From Dudresnaya verticillata (lineage: Eukaryota), in the NCBI GenBank assembly GCA_977862235.1, contig OZ374563.1, positions 1,240,001-1,304,000 of the forward strand: a stretch of DNA of 64,000 bases. The letters run 5' to 3'. How positions within the stretch are numbered: position 1 is the stretch's first letter; the number at the start of each line of letters is the position of its first letter. Both the position numbers and the translations under genes were made by a program. Positions 26,025 to 35,890 of the stretch are shown piece after piece. The notes under the pieces were generated by a model. It worked only from the letters and a program-made list of their open reading frames with translations. It was not told the DNA's origin and ran no database searches.

Positions 26025-26552
26025 TTGGGACTGAGTCATCAAGATTCTGTCTACATTCATTTCCTGTTAGATTCAATATCGATATCGGGTATGGGAAAGG
26101 TAATGAATGTGAATCTTTACCTCATGCGTTTACTCAGTATTTATTCGTGAACTCATGAGAAAACGTATACAACAGCAGAACCTCTATGACCAACTTGATA
26201 AGAAGCGTTGTGGCAAAGTCTACCCTATGACAATTTGTTATAGTCCACCAAGTCATGACTAAGAAACTAACAGGACGTATATGTCTTACTATCAAGACAG
26301 TATCTGGTCACATGTGATGTCGCATATGTCATATATGATGCATTACATGACATGCGATTAGACGCATCAAGACGTATATGTCCTGTTAGTTTCTGACTTG
26401 GTAATGGTAATAGACTCATAAGAAGTTTCAAGAAGGACAACCCAGTAGATTTTATCTGAACCCAAGTACTAACTACCTATTTTGCTTGCTGTAGCTGCAT
26501 TAATACTATAGACGCAACAGGTGCATCTCAGTCCTAGACAATCAAAGAAAGA

Positions 26553-29500
26553 CTACTCCAAGTCATGTTCCGAGAAGAGGCTGGTCCTTTCCTTGAATTT
26601 CTGGGAGGCCTTTGTTTTGGCTTTGATGTTGGCCACAATTGTGTGGTATGCCAAGAGAGAGATATATTTGACATGTCCAGAGTTTCGTAGTGATGCGCGA
26701 ATTGTTTGAATACGACTGTTTCGCTGCTCGTGGGACACCGTATTGCTTGAGTCTAACTCCGAGTAAATCTTCGGGTTATAGGAGGGAGAGCAGGACTTGT
26801 GATTCCCTATATGAAACTTGTCGCTAACGATTGTGGTTCCCTCCAAAGCCCACCAAAGGGAGTTGACTGCACTCGAAAAAAGACCGCACGAAAAGTCATA
26901 GACAATGAACCGTGGGAAAGAAGCAAAACGTGCTAGTACCATATCCAACACAACCTTCGGTCCTTCGTTTCTGTACAAGACCTTGGCCCCGAAGGTTACT
27001 GGACTCCGGCATGAGCAGGATATCGTCATGGCTCCTGGTGTAAAGCCCTTCGTTTTCTGGGAGTAGTCTTTTGAGCAAGGTCCCAATAACTCCGCTTTGG
27101 GAGAAGTTATTTCGTCTCTGTTGAACGGAAGCGGCCGAACTTGAGGGCGACCAGGGAAGTAATGACCAGTACACAAAGCCTCCTGTAGTGATGAAGGCCA
27201 ACCGTTGGAGGTGTGCGGGTACCTTTCAGCCATCCGTTGCTTTAGGACATGTATGTCCTGAGAGTTCCACCGTTGAGCGTATGTCACAGCTGTACTCTTA
27301 AGCACAGGGGAGTCATAGTACGAGTAGAATTTTGATACGCAGCGCGCTGTGCATATAAAAACAGAACCGAACGCGTTTCTCAGCTTCTTCCCGACCTCTC
27401 CATTTCTATTCAACTCAATGTGTCGAACACTGGCGAGAGCTGACTGGAGAAGACGGCAGCTATCTAGAAAACTTGTTTCACCAGTCTGGGAATTACCCAG
27501 GCCTTGAGGTGTCTTCAGTGCATTGGCCAGATCTTCAGCTTCTTGATAGAGACATATATGTCCCAGTGCCACTAAAGAAGTAATATCTGACCGTCGAACA
27601 AACTGGCAAACAGGACCTTGTACGAGCATTCGATATACGTTCTGTAAATCCTTGCATACGTCCCTGTCCCATTCGGTCAGCACGGTAACAAAGGATGCCC
27701 AAGGCACACCCTGTCTTGCAACACGCCTTTTTGAGGCATGTGTACTTTCCAACTCAGAAATCTTCGTATTCGTCCGGCTGATTACTTCTGAATGCCTTCC
27801 ATATTCTGATATAACACTCTGCGAAAGAGTGGAGAAGAAATATTGAAGAGATTTCAAAAGTCTGTAGAGCAAAGTACTTGTACAAAAAAGGCTTTCCGTC
27901 AGATTACGGAGAGGGAGCACGTAGTTGTGCTCTCCAACATCATTTGAATAGTCATTCCTTCCATTTCCACACATGGCTTCTAGACAGAATTTATCTAGCA
28001 CATCTTCACCAGAAATCAAACGAATGAACGTACATGTATCTGTGAGTGATGTTGTTGTACATGATAGAGAATCTCCCTTTTGACAAGATAGTATCATCTT
28101 GATTGTCTTCTCTCTGCGGAATAACCCTGAGAGCGGGCGATGAAGAGAACCAACTCGCGCCCTTGATACCGGAACTGGGTCACACGGTTCAGCAATATTT
28201 TTTAACCGCACTTGCTTGTTTTTCAAGTATCCAAGTTCTATCCCGTCAATGCAAAGCGCATGAATATTATCTCCAATATGGTCATCTTGAGACATACATG
28301 TCTCACAAGCAAACAAACTCTTCTCTGGTTCCATGGTCATCAGCTTCAGCATCAAGGTACAAAGGTCTTGCAGTGTTCGAGTTGATCTTACCGCAGTGTC
28401 GTTTGCAGAAGGGATAACACTACTCCTCACAATTCCCATAACCTGCGAGTGGTAGTGCCTCAGTCGACTGTTAAGTGTTCCATTGCCACTTACAACTCCA
28501 GTTAGTTCACGCCGTAAGAGGGCATGAGTAGCCCCGCTTGTCATGTTCATTAAGAGTATACAATGATCTCTACCATCGGCATGTACCTTTCTGGCACAAT
28601 GCTTATTGGAGCAGTCAAATTCCTCGACATGCATTCGGCAAGGACCGAGTGTGCACATAATGACACCACCTTTCCACAATTTCCTAGTCTTCGGGTTCTT
28701 GGCCTCCCCGCACGTACAATGCGAAGGGACCAGGATAAGGTAAATCTCCTTTCGCCTTGCAGTATCAGCAACCTCCTGATCCACAAAAATGGACCGGAGA
28801 CAATTGACTGGTGCCAGTGGCAGACGTGAAAGACAGTGGGACATATCTGTCTCAAGGTTTGTCGCTGGATGTGGAGTTATTTCTACTTCCTCCTCCTCTC
28901 CAATTGTACCAACGCATGAGTAAAGCTGACGTGTGTGCATACATCCACCGGAACACACTGTATCACAAAATGCACACACGAAGAAAGAGTTCTTCACGAT
29001 CCGAATGGGAATAAAATGTATCGTTCCGGGGACTGGGAAGTCAACGGACGTCGAAAGCAAGAAGTGTTTCCTTCCGAACATATCCTGGGCGCTTGGGTAC
29101 TCTTCCTCATTCGTTGCCCCTACGGCATGTAACATAGTCTGACATAGGTGCGTTATAGCTTTTCCGCAGTCTCTCACACTGGCACCACATAAACTCGCGA
29201 GATTAGACAGAACCTTCTTAAATCCTTGTACATAAATACACATATCGTCAAGATCTGGCATCCCATTGTGTACACGGAATTGGGTTATGCCCACACATGT
29301 GCAATACACAATCCCGTCTTTTCCTATCCACGTACTCACCACGTGACGGTCCATTGATTTTGCTCCTGTAGCTCCAACTTGAGAGAACGGTAAACGAGTG
29401 CAAATACACAGGGTTGACGTTTTTGACAACACATGAAACCACTTCTTCTCGTGCTTGGCTATTGGGAGCAACCCTTCGAAGTGCTGAGACATACTATGTC

Positions 29501-30017
29501 CCCACGTCGACGGAGACACATTCGCAGCGGGAACTCCTACGACAGCAATCGATGATGAGTTAAATTGGGACACCAAACGTTCCCTCTTCCCAACCCCTTC
29601 AAACAATCCCAAAAGTGTGCGGCATGCAAGGGATTCGAGAAGAGGTGGGACCCGGGCTCTCTTCTCGTCCACGTTTCCAGTGTACTTGCGACGTCCCATT
29701 CCTCTCTTCGAACCTGGCCTGTCCTGGCGCACAACATCCAATGTGAACGTCATATTCGAAGCACCAACCGTCAAGGGTGCATTTTCAGTGGACTGGACCT
29801 GTTCTTGCGACCGTTCCGCGACGCAGGAAACACTTTCTGCCATTTCTCGCAATGTTTGCTCTTTAAACTCATTGCTTTCCGAATGGCTCATGGAATATTG
29901 AACGTCGGGGACACATATGTCTCGCGGGTTACATTCTTCCGCTGCACCTTCAAGGGTAGAGAGGTGGTCCTGTAATTCCGAATTGGTCCAATCCGGTGAA
30001 GGGTCTTGTTGCGACAT
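26553..30017 (-). CDS. KDZ (Kyakuja-Dileera-Zisupton)-type transposase with Cys-rich zinc-binding clusters, 1154 aa
   Basis: C-terminal signature CSK...TPGAMTISCSC...EGP...IVYDFSC...VSDKFHIGNHKSC...NTVSHEQRNS. Upstream LCIDG is a candidate first catalytic Asp. Several Cys clusters (YCTC, CAFCD...CMH, HCTCG...CTLG...C-x4-C). Frame intact. Confidence 0.8.
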   Translation of the reverse strand: MSQQDPSPDWTNSELQDHLSTLEGAAEECNPRDICVPDVQYSMSHSESNEFKEQTLREMAESVSCVAERSQEQVQSTENAPLTVGASNMTFTLDVVRQDRPGSKRGMGRRKYTGNVDEKRARVPPLLESLACRTLLGLFEGVGKRERLVSQFNSSSIAVVGVPAANVSPSTWGHSMSQHFEGLLPIAKHEKKWFHVLSKTSTLCICTRLPFSQVGATGAKSMDRHVVSTWIGKDGIVYCTCVGITQFRVHNGMPDLDDMCIYVQGFKKVLSNLASLCGASVRDCGKAITHLCQTMLHAVGATNEEEYPSAQDMFGRKHFLLSTSVDFPVPGTIHFIPIRIVKNSFFVCAFCDTVCSGGCMHTRQLYSCVGTIGEEEEVEITPHPATNLETDMSHCLSRLPLAPVNCLRSIFVDQEVADTARRKEIYLILVPSHCTCGEAKNPKTRKLWKGGVIMCTLGPCRMHVEEFDCSNKHCARKVHADGRDHCILLMNMTSGATHALLRRELTGVVSGNGTLNSRLRHYHSQVMGIVRSSVIPSANDTAVRSTRTLQDLCTLMLKLMTMEPEKSLFACETCMSQDDHIGDNIHALCIDGIELGYLKNKQVRLKNIAEPCDPVPVSRARVGSLHRPLSGLFRREKTIKMILSCQKGDSLSCTTTSLTDTCTFIRLISGEDVLDKFCLEAMCGNGRNDYSNDVGEHNYVLPLRNLTESLFCTSTLLYRLLKSLQYFFSTLSQSVISEYGRHSEVISRTNTKISELESTHASKRRVARQGVPWASFVTVLTEWDRDVCKDLQNVYRMLVQGPVCQFVRRSDITSLVALGHICLYQEAEDLANALKTPQGLGNSQTGETSFLDSCRLLQSALASVRHIELNRNGEVGKKLRNAFGSVFICTARCVSKFYSYYDSPVLKSTAVTYAQRWNSQDIHVLKQRMAERYPHTSNGWPSSLQEALCTGHYFPGRPQVRPLPFNRDEITSPKAELLGPCSKDYSQKTKGFTPGAMTISCSCRSPVTFGAKVLYRNEGPKVVLDMVLARFASFPRFIVYDFSCGLFSSAVNSLWWALEGTTIVSDKFHIGNHKSCSPSYNPKIYSELDSSNTVSHEQRNSRIQTIRASLRNSGHVKYISLLAYHTIVANIKAKTKASQKFKERTSLFSEHDLE

Positions 30018-30594
30018 AGTGCACGGACTCCAGAAAGGCTCACCGTATACCGTATTGTATACGGTAGCACAGACGATGTGGTAGCCTCGCTATGCTCACC
30101 GGAGTCATTCCAACTTTTCTCAGTGTTCTGTCAAGGATAGCAACGATAGTTTTCAAGGATTGTAAAACGGCTTAGAAATGTTTTCATTGTTGCCGTAACG
30201 TCTGTCTCAGCTGCGTGGTCATATTGCATAATCCGTATATTGATATGCATATCAGTGTCTTTGGCCCGGTTTCTAGGCTATTGTATAAATACACAAAAAT
30301 CTGCAGGACATATAAGTCTCACTCATTGGCTACATGCATCATAGGATGCATCCCATGCATGCATCTCGCGAGTGTGGTACCTGATACGTATCAGAAGCAC
30401 GTGCGAGATGTCCGTCTCCCGCCATTTACTATGGAACCGAAACACTTGCGCACCCCGCGTCCCCGGCAGAGGTATATTTCATTTCGACAGCCAGTACGGG
30501 AGCCATACTCCTTAGCCTTCCCACCGCGATGCTGCAAATTCCCCAACACCCCTTGTGTCCCATGCTTGCCAGGTCGCATATTTTACGGGCAGTC

Positions 30595-32124
30595 ATGGCT
30601 TCCAACGACGCTTCCCTTGACCCCACGCAACAGCGAGCATTTCAATCCTTCAAGAAAGGTTTCTCTCTTGCCCTACTAGGAGGTGCTGGAAGCGGGAAGT
30701 CGTTCTTGGTGGAGAGAATCTTGCGACATGCTCGAAAAGAATACGGTGACGAATTGGTTGCTGCATGCGCGTACACCAACAACGCTGCCTCGAGCATGGA
30801 TGGAAGGACTATATTCTCACTGTTCGGAATTCCTGCTAACTGGCCGCCCACGAAGGAAATATTTTGTCGACACGCTCTTGAAAAGGCTTGGAGGCGGGCT
30901 GAGCTGGCTCGCTTGGAAGTATTGGTAATAGATGAAGTGTTCATCCTCACCTCAGAGATTTTAGAAGGAATCGATGAGGTATTGCGTCGTACGGGCACAG
31001 CGGGCCTGCCGTTCGGCGGTAGGCAGGTGCTTTTGGCTGGTGATCCACTTCAACTTGGACCAATTGAGCAGGATTGTTCTCATCCACATGAGAATAGACC
31101 GGTTCATCTCTCGCGTCCTTGGCACTTAACCTTCGGATGTTTCGGCACCGGAGTTCTTTGTATCCTGAAAGACAATCATCGACAGAATGGCGATCATATC
31201 TTCTTTGACTTGCTGCAGCGCATTCGGGATGGGACGTGCACGGAGCAGGACATACAATGTCTCAACGAGACGGGAGTTGATCCACAAAATGAATCGCCGT
31301 CTCTGATCCCTACGCACACGCAGTTGTTCTTATACAGGAAAGATGTATCTGCCTATAACCAGTCTGTTCTGCAGCGTATCGAGTCGCCACTCCACACGCA
31401 CAAAGCCCAGGACATATATGTCTTGTCAAATGCGGACTGGGTAGTGAAGCGGTTGCGAAGCGCTGCCTTAGATGATGTGCATATGAAAGTCGGTGCCCTG
31501 GTAATTCTGACTCGCAAGGCGGGCCCTTATATGCCTGGAACTGCAGTTGTGTTAACCGAAATCGAAGTGACAGGAAGAGGGGACGTGCAACACTTAAAAT
31601 TCAGGCTTCCGGGAGATGGAGAAGAGGAATACCAGTTGCGCCCATTGCGGTTCTCGGTGCGAAACAGATCCGCACAAGTCGTCGCGATTCGTACCCAATA
31701 TCCGTTCATCCCTGGTTACGCTGTGACAATTCACAAATGCCAGGGACTCACTCTGCAGAATGTATGGGTGGACTTCAGTAACGCGCAATGGAAACCTCCT
31801 GGACTGGTCTACGTCGCACTGTCACGTTGTACTTCATTCAGAGGGCTGAGAGTTACAGGTTTGACAAAAGAACACGTCACCGCACGCCCGGAAGCACTGC
31901 ACTACCTTAGAAATTTCGTCAAGGGTTTTCGAAGTCATTACCCACACCGATTTGTGTCCATCCACGGAGACGACCCCAAAAACAGCGAAGACATTGCAGA
32001 TGATGGCAACGGCGAAAATAAAACTCCTCTGCGAGGCACTATTCGAGTTCTACGATCCTCACGAGGACCGCTCCACGCAACACAGCCACTTGCGGAGCAA
32101 GCCCGAAAGAGGCCACGGATTTGA
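30595..32124 (+). CDS. PIF1-family SF1B 5'-3' DNA helicase
   Basis: Motifs GGAGSGKS, GRTIFSLFG, LVIDEV, PFGGRQVLLAGDPLQLGPI, NHRQ..D..F, RTQYPFIPGYAVTIHKCQGLTL and GLVYVALSR. Start placed at ATG 30595 (track ORF begins 30529). Confidence 0.93.
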   Translation: MASNDASLDPTQQRAFQSFKKGFSLALLGGAGSGKSFLVERILRHARKEYGDELVAACAYTNNAASSMDGRTIFSLFGIPANWPPTKEIFCRHALEKAWRRAELARLEVLVIDEVFILTSEILEGIDEVLRRTGTAGLPFGGRQVLLAGDPLQLGPIEQDCSHPHENRPVHLSRPWHLTFGCFGTGVLCILKDNHRQNGDHIFFDLLQRIRDGTCTEQDIQCLNETGVDPQNESPSLIPTHTQLFLYRKDVSAYNQSVLQRIESPLHTHKAQDIYVLSNADWVVKRLRSAALDDVHMKVGALVILTRKAGPYMPGTAVVLTEIEVTGRGDVQHLKFRLPGDGEEEYQLRPLRFSVRNRSAQVVAIRTQYPFIPGYAVTIHKCQGLTLQNVWVDFSNAQWKPPGLVYVALSRCTSFRGLRVTGLTKEHVTARPEALHYLRNFVKGFRSHYPHRFVSIHGDDPKNSEDIADDGNGENKTPLRGTIRVLRSSRGPLHATQPLAEQARKRPRI

Positions 32125-33002
32125 GAATTATCGAGCTGGTGGGGGAAAACATGAGACAGATAAGTCCTACAAGGAGCTATCTCATTTTTTCAAGTAAGTG
32201 TAGGGGACAGTAGTATAGTATGCAGAGGTAGCGTAAAACAAAATTGGTAACGTCTAGCGAGGACATAACTGACGGCTCTGAAAACTTCACTGGAGAAGGA
32301 TCCTTTTGTGGTACTGGGATTTTCTGTTTCCGTTTTATATCTGAACCTCTTCAACTGCGTCTAAACGGAGCAAGGAATCATCTCGGCTCCGCACGTAGAC
32401 GTATATACTGCGAAATAAATTTCAAGCAACTGCAATACATGTAGTAATTGCTTTGTTAGATAGGGAAATATTTATGTTTACGGTCAACGAAAAATGCTTA
32501 TGTTCCTATATTTATTTTTACGGCCAACAAAGAGATAAACACAATTGAACGCAGAAATATTACAGAAAGAAACAATGGTTTTAGAAGCATGGGCATATAT
32601 TTATTTTTGCGTTCAACGCAGAAATAATTACCTTCAAACAAATGCGTTCGAGGCAGAAATAAATATATGCAATTCGGAAATAAATATATGGCCAAATTAC
32701 AAGCGTAGGCACATATGTATTTTTGTCTTCAGCGTCAGCGTAGAAATAAATATATGCAACCCGGAAATGATATATTTCAAGTTGTTTCTTAGAAACAATT
32801 TATTTATGCGTTCAGTGCATAAATAAATATGTGTCGAATCCTACCAAGCTGCTGCGCACATCTGTACGCATTCACAATTCACAAGTCAAATGGCTTTCTC
32901 ATTTATCACGGGACATATATGTCCTACATTCAAGTCAACTTGGTTGCAAGCAGGTAAATCCATGGATCAATTGACGATCCACGTTGTAACCTATAACGTG
33001 TC

Positions 33003-34982
33003 TCACTGATGACGGTCGGAATCACGGAAGCGACGCGGCTTCTTTCTGGAACGTTTAGGATGGCCTCCACTTCCTGCACTTCCGTCCGTGCCTTCGGGAG
33101 CACTTCCGGACTCGGACGCGCTCGCAGTTTCCGGAGGGGCACTCGTATTAAGCTCCTGCGTGGTACTGTTTGGCGCACCCGCTCCGCTGCTGGCTCCGAG
33201 TGTAGCACCCAATTTCGAGTCGTCTTCGGGAACCGCTGAACCAACACGAGAGGGTACCATCTTACCTGAGACCTTCTCTGTCTCAGAGTTCATGGTAACC
33301 GGTTGGCTCTCGGCGCCTGCAGCTGCAAGGCCAGGGGCAGGTTGACGTGTACGAGCGCTACGCCGCACGACCGGTGCCATAGCAGGGTTGGGCGTAGCTG
33401 AACCCGGAAGAGAGGTCGCGGACAACATATTTCCCCTTTTCTTCTTCCTCGGCGGAGATGATGTTCCCGAGTCAGCGTGCGACGGCGTAGATGCCAAGGT
33501 ACCTGTACCTCTCTTATTCTTCCTCGGCGGTGATGACGTCCCAGAGTCTGCCGGCGGCGTAGATTGCTTTTCCGTCGGGACCTCTTCGTGGGACTTATCT
33601 GCTGCTCCGTGGACGACTGACACAGCGGGCTTATCACCACGAGGCGCAGCACCCTGGGCCAAGACGGGAATGTCATCACGCTTAGAGTCGCATTCGGTGT
33701 CGGGGATGGCAACTTTTTCCTGAGACTTGTATGTCCCATTCTCGGGCTTAGCGCCCTCGTCAGACCCCTCTTCTGTCGGCATTTCCGCATTGGCTGCCGT
33801 ATCCACCTCCGGCATTCTGATGCTGCCGTTGTGGTCCTTTTCTTCGTCAGTGTCGCGGTCTTCCTTGACGACATCCCCACTTGTGGTTTTGTTTTCGTGA
33901 GACTTATGAGTCCTACGAGTGGCCGCGATGTCGGCTTTCCCAGCGGTCTGAGTGCGACTGCTGTCCGAAGCAGTATCAGAGGGATCCACATTATCTTCCT
34001 GGGACACATGTGTCCCAGAAACCTTGGACACATGTGTCCCAGGAACCTTAGACTTCTTCTCAACATTTCCTCCGCTACCTTCTTCCAAAGGCCCTTCGCG
34101 CTTTCCGGGTTCCTTCTTCACCACAATAGGTGGTTTCCATGATAGCGGCACAACTTCGTAGCCTCGAAGGAAAAGTTCCAACCTTAGACGAAGTTTTAGC
34201 ATATCGCTTTGCTCAAACTTCGGGACTGTGCCGCGCTCCAAGAATTCCATCACCCACAGTACGAATACTCCGCAAGAACCTGTGTCCTTCTGACGGGGAT
34301 AGTTAGCGCGAACTATAATTGGGAAGTCCACTGCATCGGTGTTGCAGGTGTCGCTGATGTACTTCTTCAAGTTTCCCATTGCCGCGATATACTCCTTCGC
34401 GACGGAGTTGAAAGAGTCGTACACGATGAAGAACTTGCGGCGAATATCAGCGACGAACAGAATCCAGTGGTTATGTTCTTCAGCATAGTAGGGGACGAAG
34501 AGGACATCAATATCCTCCGGTTTCCAGACGGCGCCCCTTGCCAGCCAGCGGCTCACGCTTGAAAAGTTGTATCCAAACTTCAGCTTCGTCAGCAGGAAAG
34601 GAGAAATGATGTGGATCCTGTTACCAGCACCGTCGGCCTTCATCCGACGCTTGTTCCTCTGGCAGAGCATGTGCCAAAAGCCTTCGATGATGTTGTCGGT
34701 TATCCAGTCAGAGTTTCCATAGGAACCGGGACCCATGGCTCTAACGCGCGAAAAGTCTGTCTCGGCGATGTGAACTGTGCCACACCTGACAGGACCGCGG
34801 TGGGACCTGAGATAATTCTTCTCATTCTCCCTGAAGACCTTCAAAACAGGGTCATCACGGCCATCTCCCTCCAGCTCGAGCTCGTGGGACATATCTGTCC
34901 CGCCCCCCCATAGAACAGAGTTGTACGCACCGTGAGCACTGCGGTTCACGGTGGCCTGGCTGGGGCGGGAGGATTGAGACAT
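33003..34982 (-). CDS. Ulp1/SENP-family (peptidase C48) SUMO protease with a long disordered C-terminus
   Basis: WITDNIIE, VP...HNHWILFV, YDSFN and RQKDTGSCGVFV give an intact His-Asp-Cys triad plus the oxyanion Gln. Start is uncertain: ATG 34982 was preferred because the track's longer N-terminus is translated tandem repeat. Confidence 0.9.
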   Translation of the reverse strand: MSQSSRPSQATVNRSAHGAYNSVLWGGGTDMSHELELEGDGRDDPVLKVFRENEKNYLRSHRGPVRCGTVHIAETDFSRVRAMGPGSYGNSDWITDNIIEGFWHMLCQRNKRRMKADGAGNRIHIISPFLLTKLKFGYNFSSVSRWLARGAVWKPEDIDVLFVPYYAEEHNHWILFVADIRRKFFIVYDSFNSVAKEYIAAMGNLKKYISDTCNTDAVDFPIIVRANYPRQKDTGSCGVFVLWVMEFLERGTVPKFEQSDMLKLRLRLELFLRGYEVVPLSWKPPIVVKKEPGKREGPLEEGSGGNVEKKSKVPGTHVSKVSGTHVSQEDNVDPSDTASDSSRTQTAGKADIAATRRTHKSHENKTTSGDVVKEDRDTDEEKDHNGSIRMPEVDTAANAEMPTEEGSDEGAKPENGTYKSQEKVAIPDTECDSKRDDIPVLAQGAAPRGDKPAVSVVHGAADKSHEEVPTEKQSTPPADSGTSSPPRKNKRGTGTLASTPSHADSGTSSPPRKKKRGNMLSATSLPGSATPNPAMAPVVRRSARTRQPAPGLAAAGAESQPVTMNSETEKVSGKMVPSRVGSAVPEDDSKLGATLGASSGAGAPNSTTQELNTSAPPETASASESGSAPEGTDGSAGSGGHPKRSRKKPRRFRDSDRHQ

Positions 34983-35103
34983 ATCTGTCCCACGCTTCTG
35001 TGTCGCCGACTTCTCCGCTTTTGGTGCGATGTTTTTCACCTCAACTACGGTTATCTTCTCGGTATCGGCGTGAGTAGTATTGGTCGCGGCTTTTGTGTGG
35101 CAT

Positions 35104-35340
35104 AGCTGTAAGACCAGCTGTGCCACGCACGCGCAGCTGTAAGACCAGCTGCGCCACGTGTGCACTGCTGTGCGCACGCTGTCAGCCGGTGGCGCCGAAG
35201 CCCCGCTGAACTGTAAGGAAGTGCACAGTGGCGCGCGCAGCTGTAAGACCAGCTGCGCCACGTGTGCACTGCTGTGCGCACGCTGTCAGCCGGTGGCGCC
35301 GAAGCCCCGCTGAACTGTAAGGGAGTGCGCAGTGGCGCCC
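35104..35340. repeat. 104-bp tandem duplication upstream of the Ulp1 gene
   Basis: GCGCAGCTGTAAGACCAGCTGCGCCACGTG... at 35131 and 35235, with a partial copy at 35104. Confidence 0.9.
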
Positions 35341-35829
35341 ACGTGTACACGCGTTCGCGTGTGACACTGAAACTCCCATGTAACTTCTACGTTTATTGTT
35401 TTGTAAGTGTACAGCACCCTCTAGTGTAAGCGGCGGTCGAACGCCCTGCTGTCCCGCGCGCTGTGCGCACGCACTCCGGCGCAGAGCCGTTGAGTGCGTG
35501 ACACGCGCGCGCGCACTCCGGCGTCGAGCCGTTGAGTACGTGTGGACCGTTCCGCCTACGCGCGCCCCCGGGTTACCGTTACCCGTACGCGTCGACGCGT
35601 GTTGGGGCGCGCCGGCGCACCTCCCGGGTTGGTGCCGCCGCAGGCCCTGTAGTATATCTATTAGTCGCCCCTCTGGGCTTCAGTAAACCAAGGGAAGCCA
35701 GTCTACGCCAGGCTTGCCCTTTCTGCTTTGCGTTTCTTTCCCAGTCCTTCGCCCTACGGCTTCCCTCTTTCCCTAGCCGTCTAGGCTTTCCTTTTCCTTT
35801 CCCTATCGTCGGCTTCGTGCCGCCCCACG

Positions 35830-35890
35830 AAACCCCTAAACCCCTAAACCCTAAACCCCTAAACCCCTAAACCCCTAAAACCCCTAAACC
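35830..35890. repeat. Interstitial telomere-like tract (AAACCCCT)n, 7 units plus a partial
   Basis: Five AAACCCCT, one AAACCCT and one AAAACCCCT, flanked by an exact 67-bp direct repeat (35764-35830 and 35889-35955). Confidence 0.9.

Larger units (their letters stand above)
23360..35400. mobile_element. Putative large KDZ-type DNA transposon with cargo (orphan ORF, transposase, PIF1 helicase, Ulp1 protease); termini not identified
   Basis: Four intronless ORFs in a -> <- -> <- layout, unified by at least 17 GACA-N4-TGTC sites between 23364 and 34989. Boundaries are approximate, with no TIR or TSD found. Confidence 0.7.

Noticed and set aside
30595..32124. Calling the PIF1 region a Helitron
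   Set aside because: No HUH/Rep domain is visible in or next to the helicase and no Helitron termini were identified. The adjacent transposase is KDZ-like.
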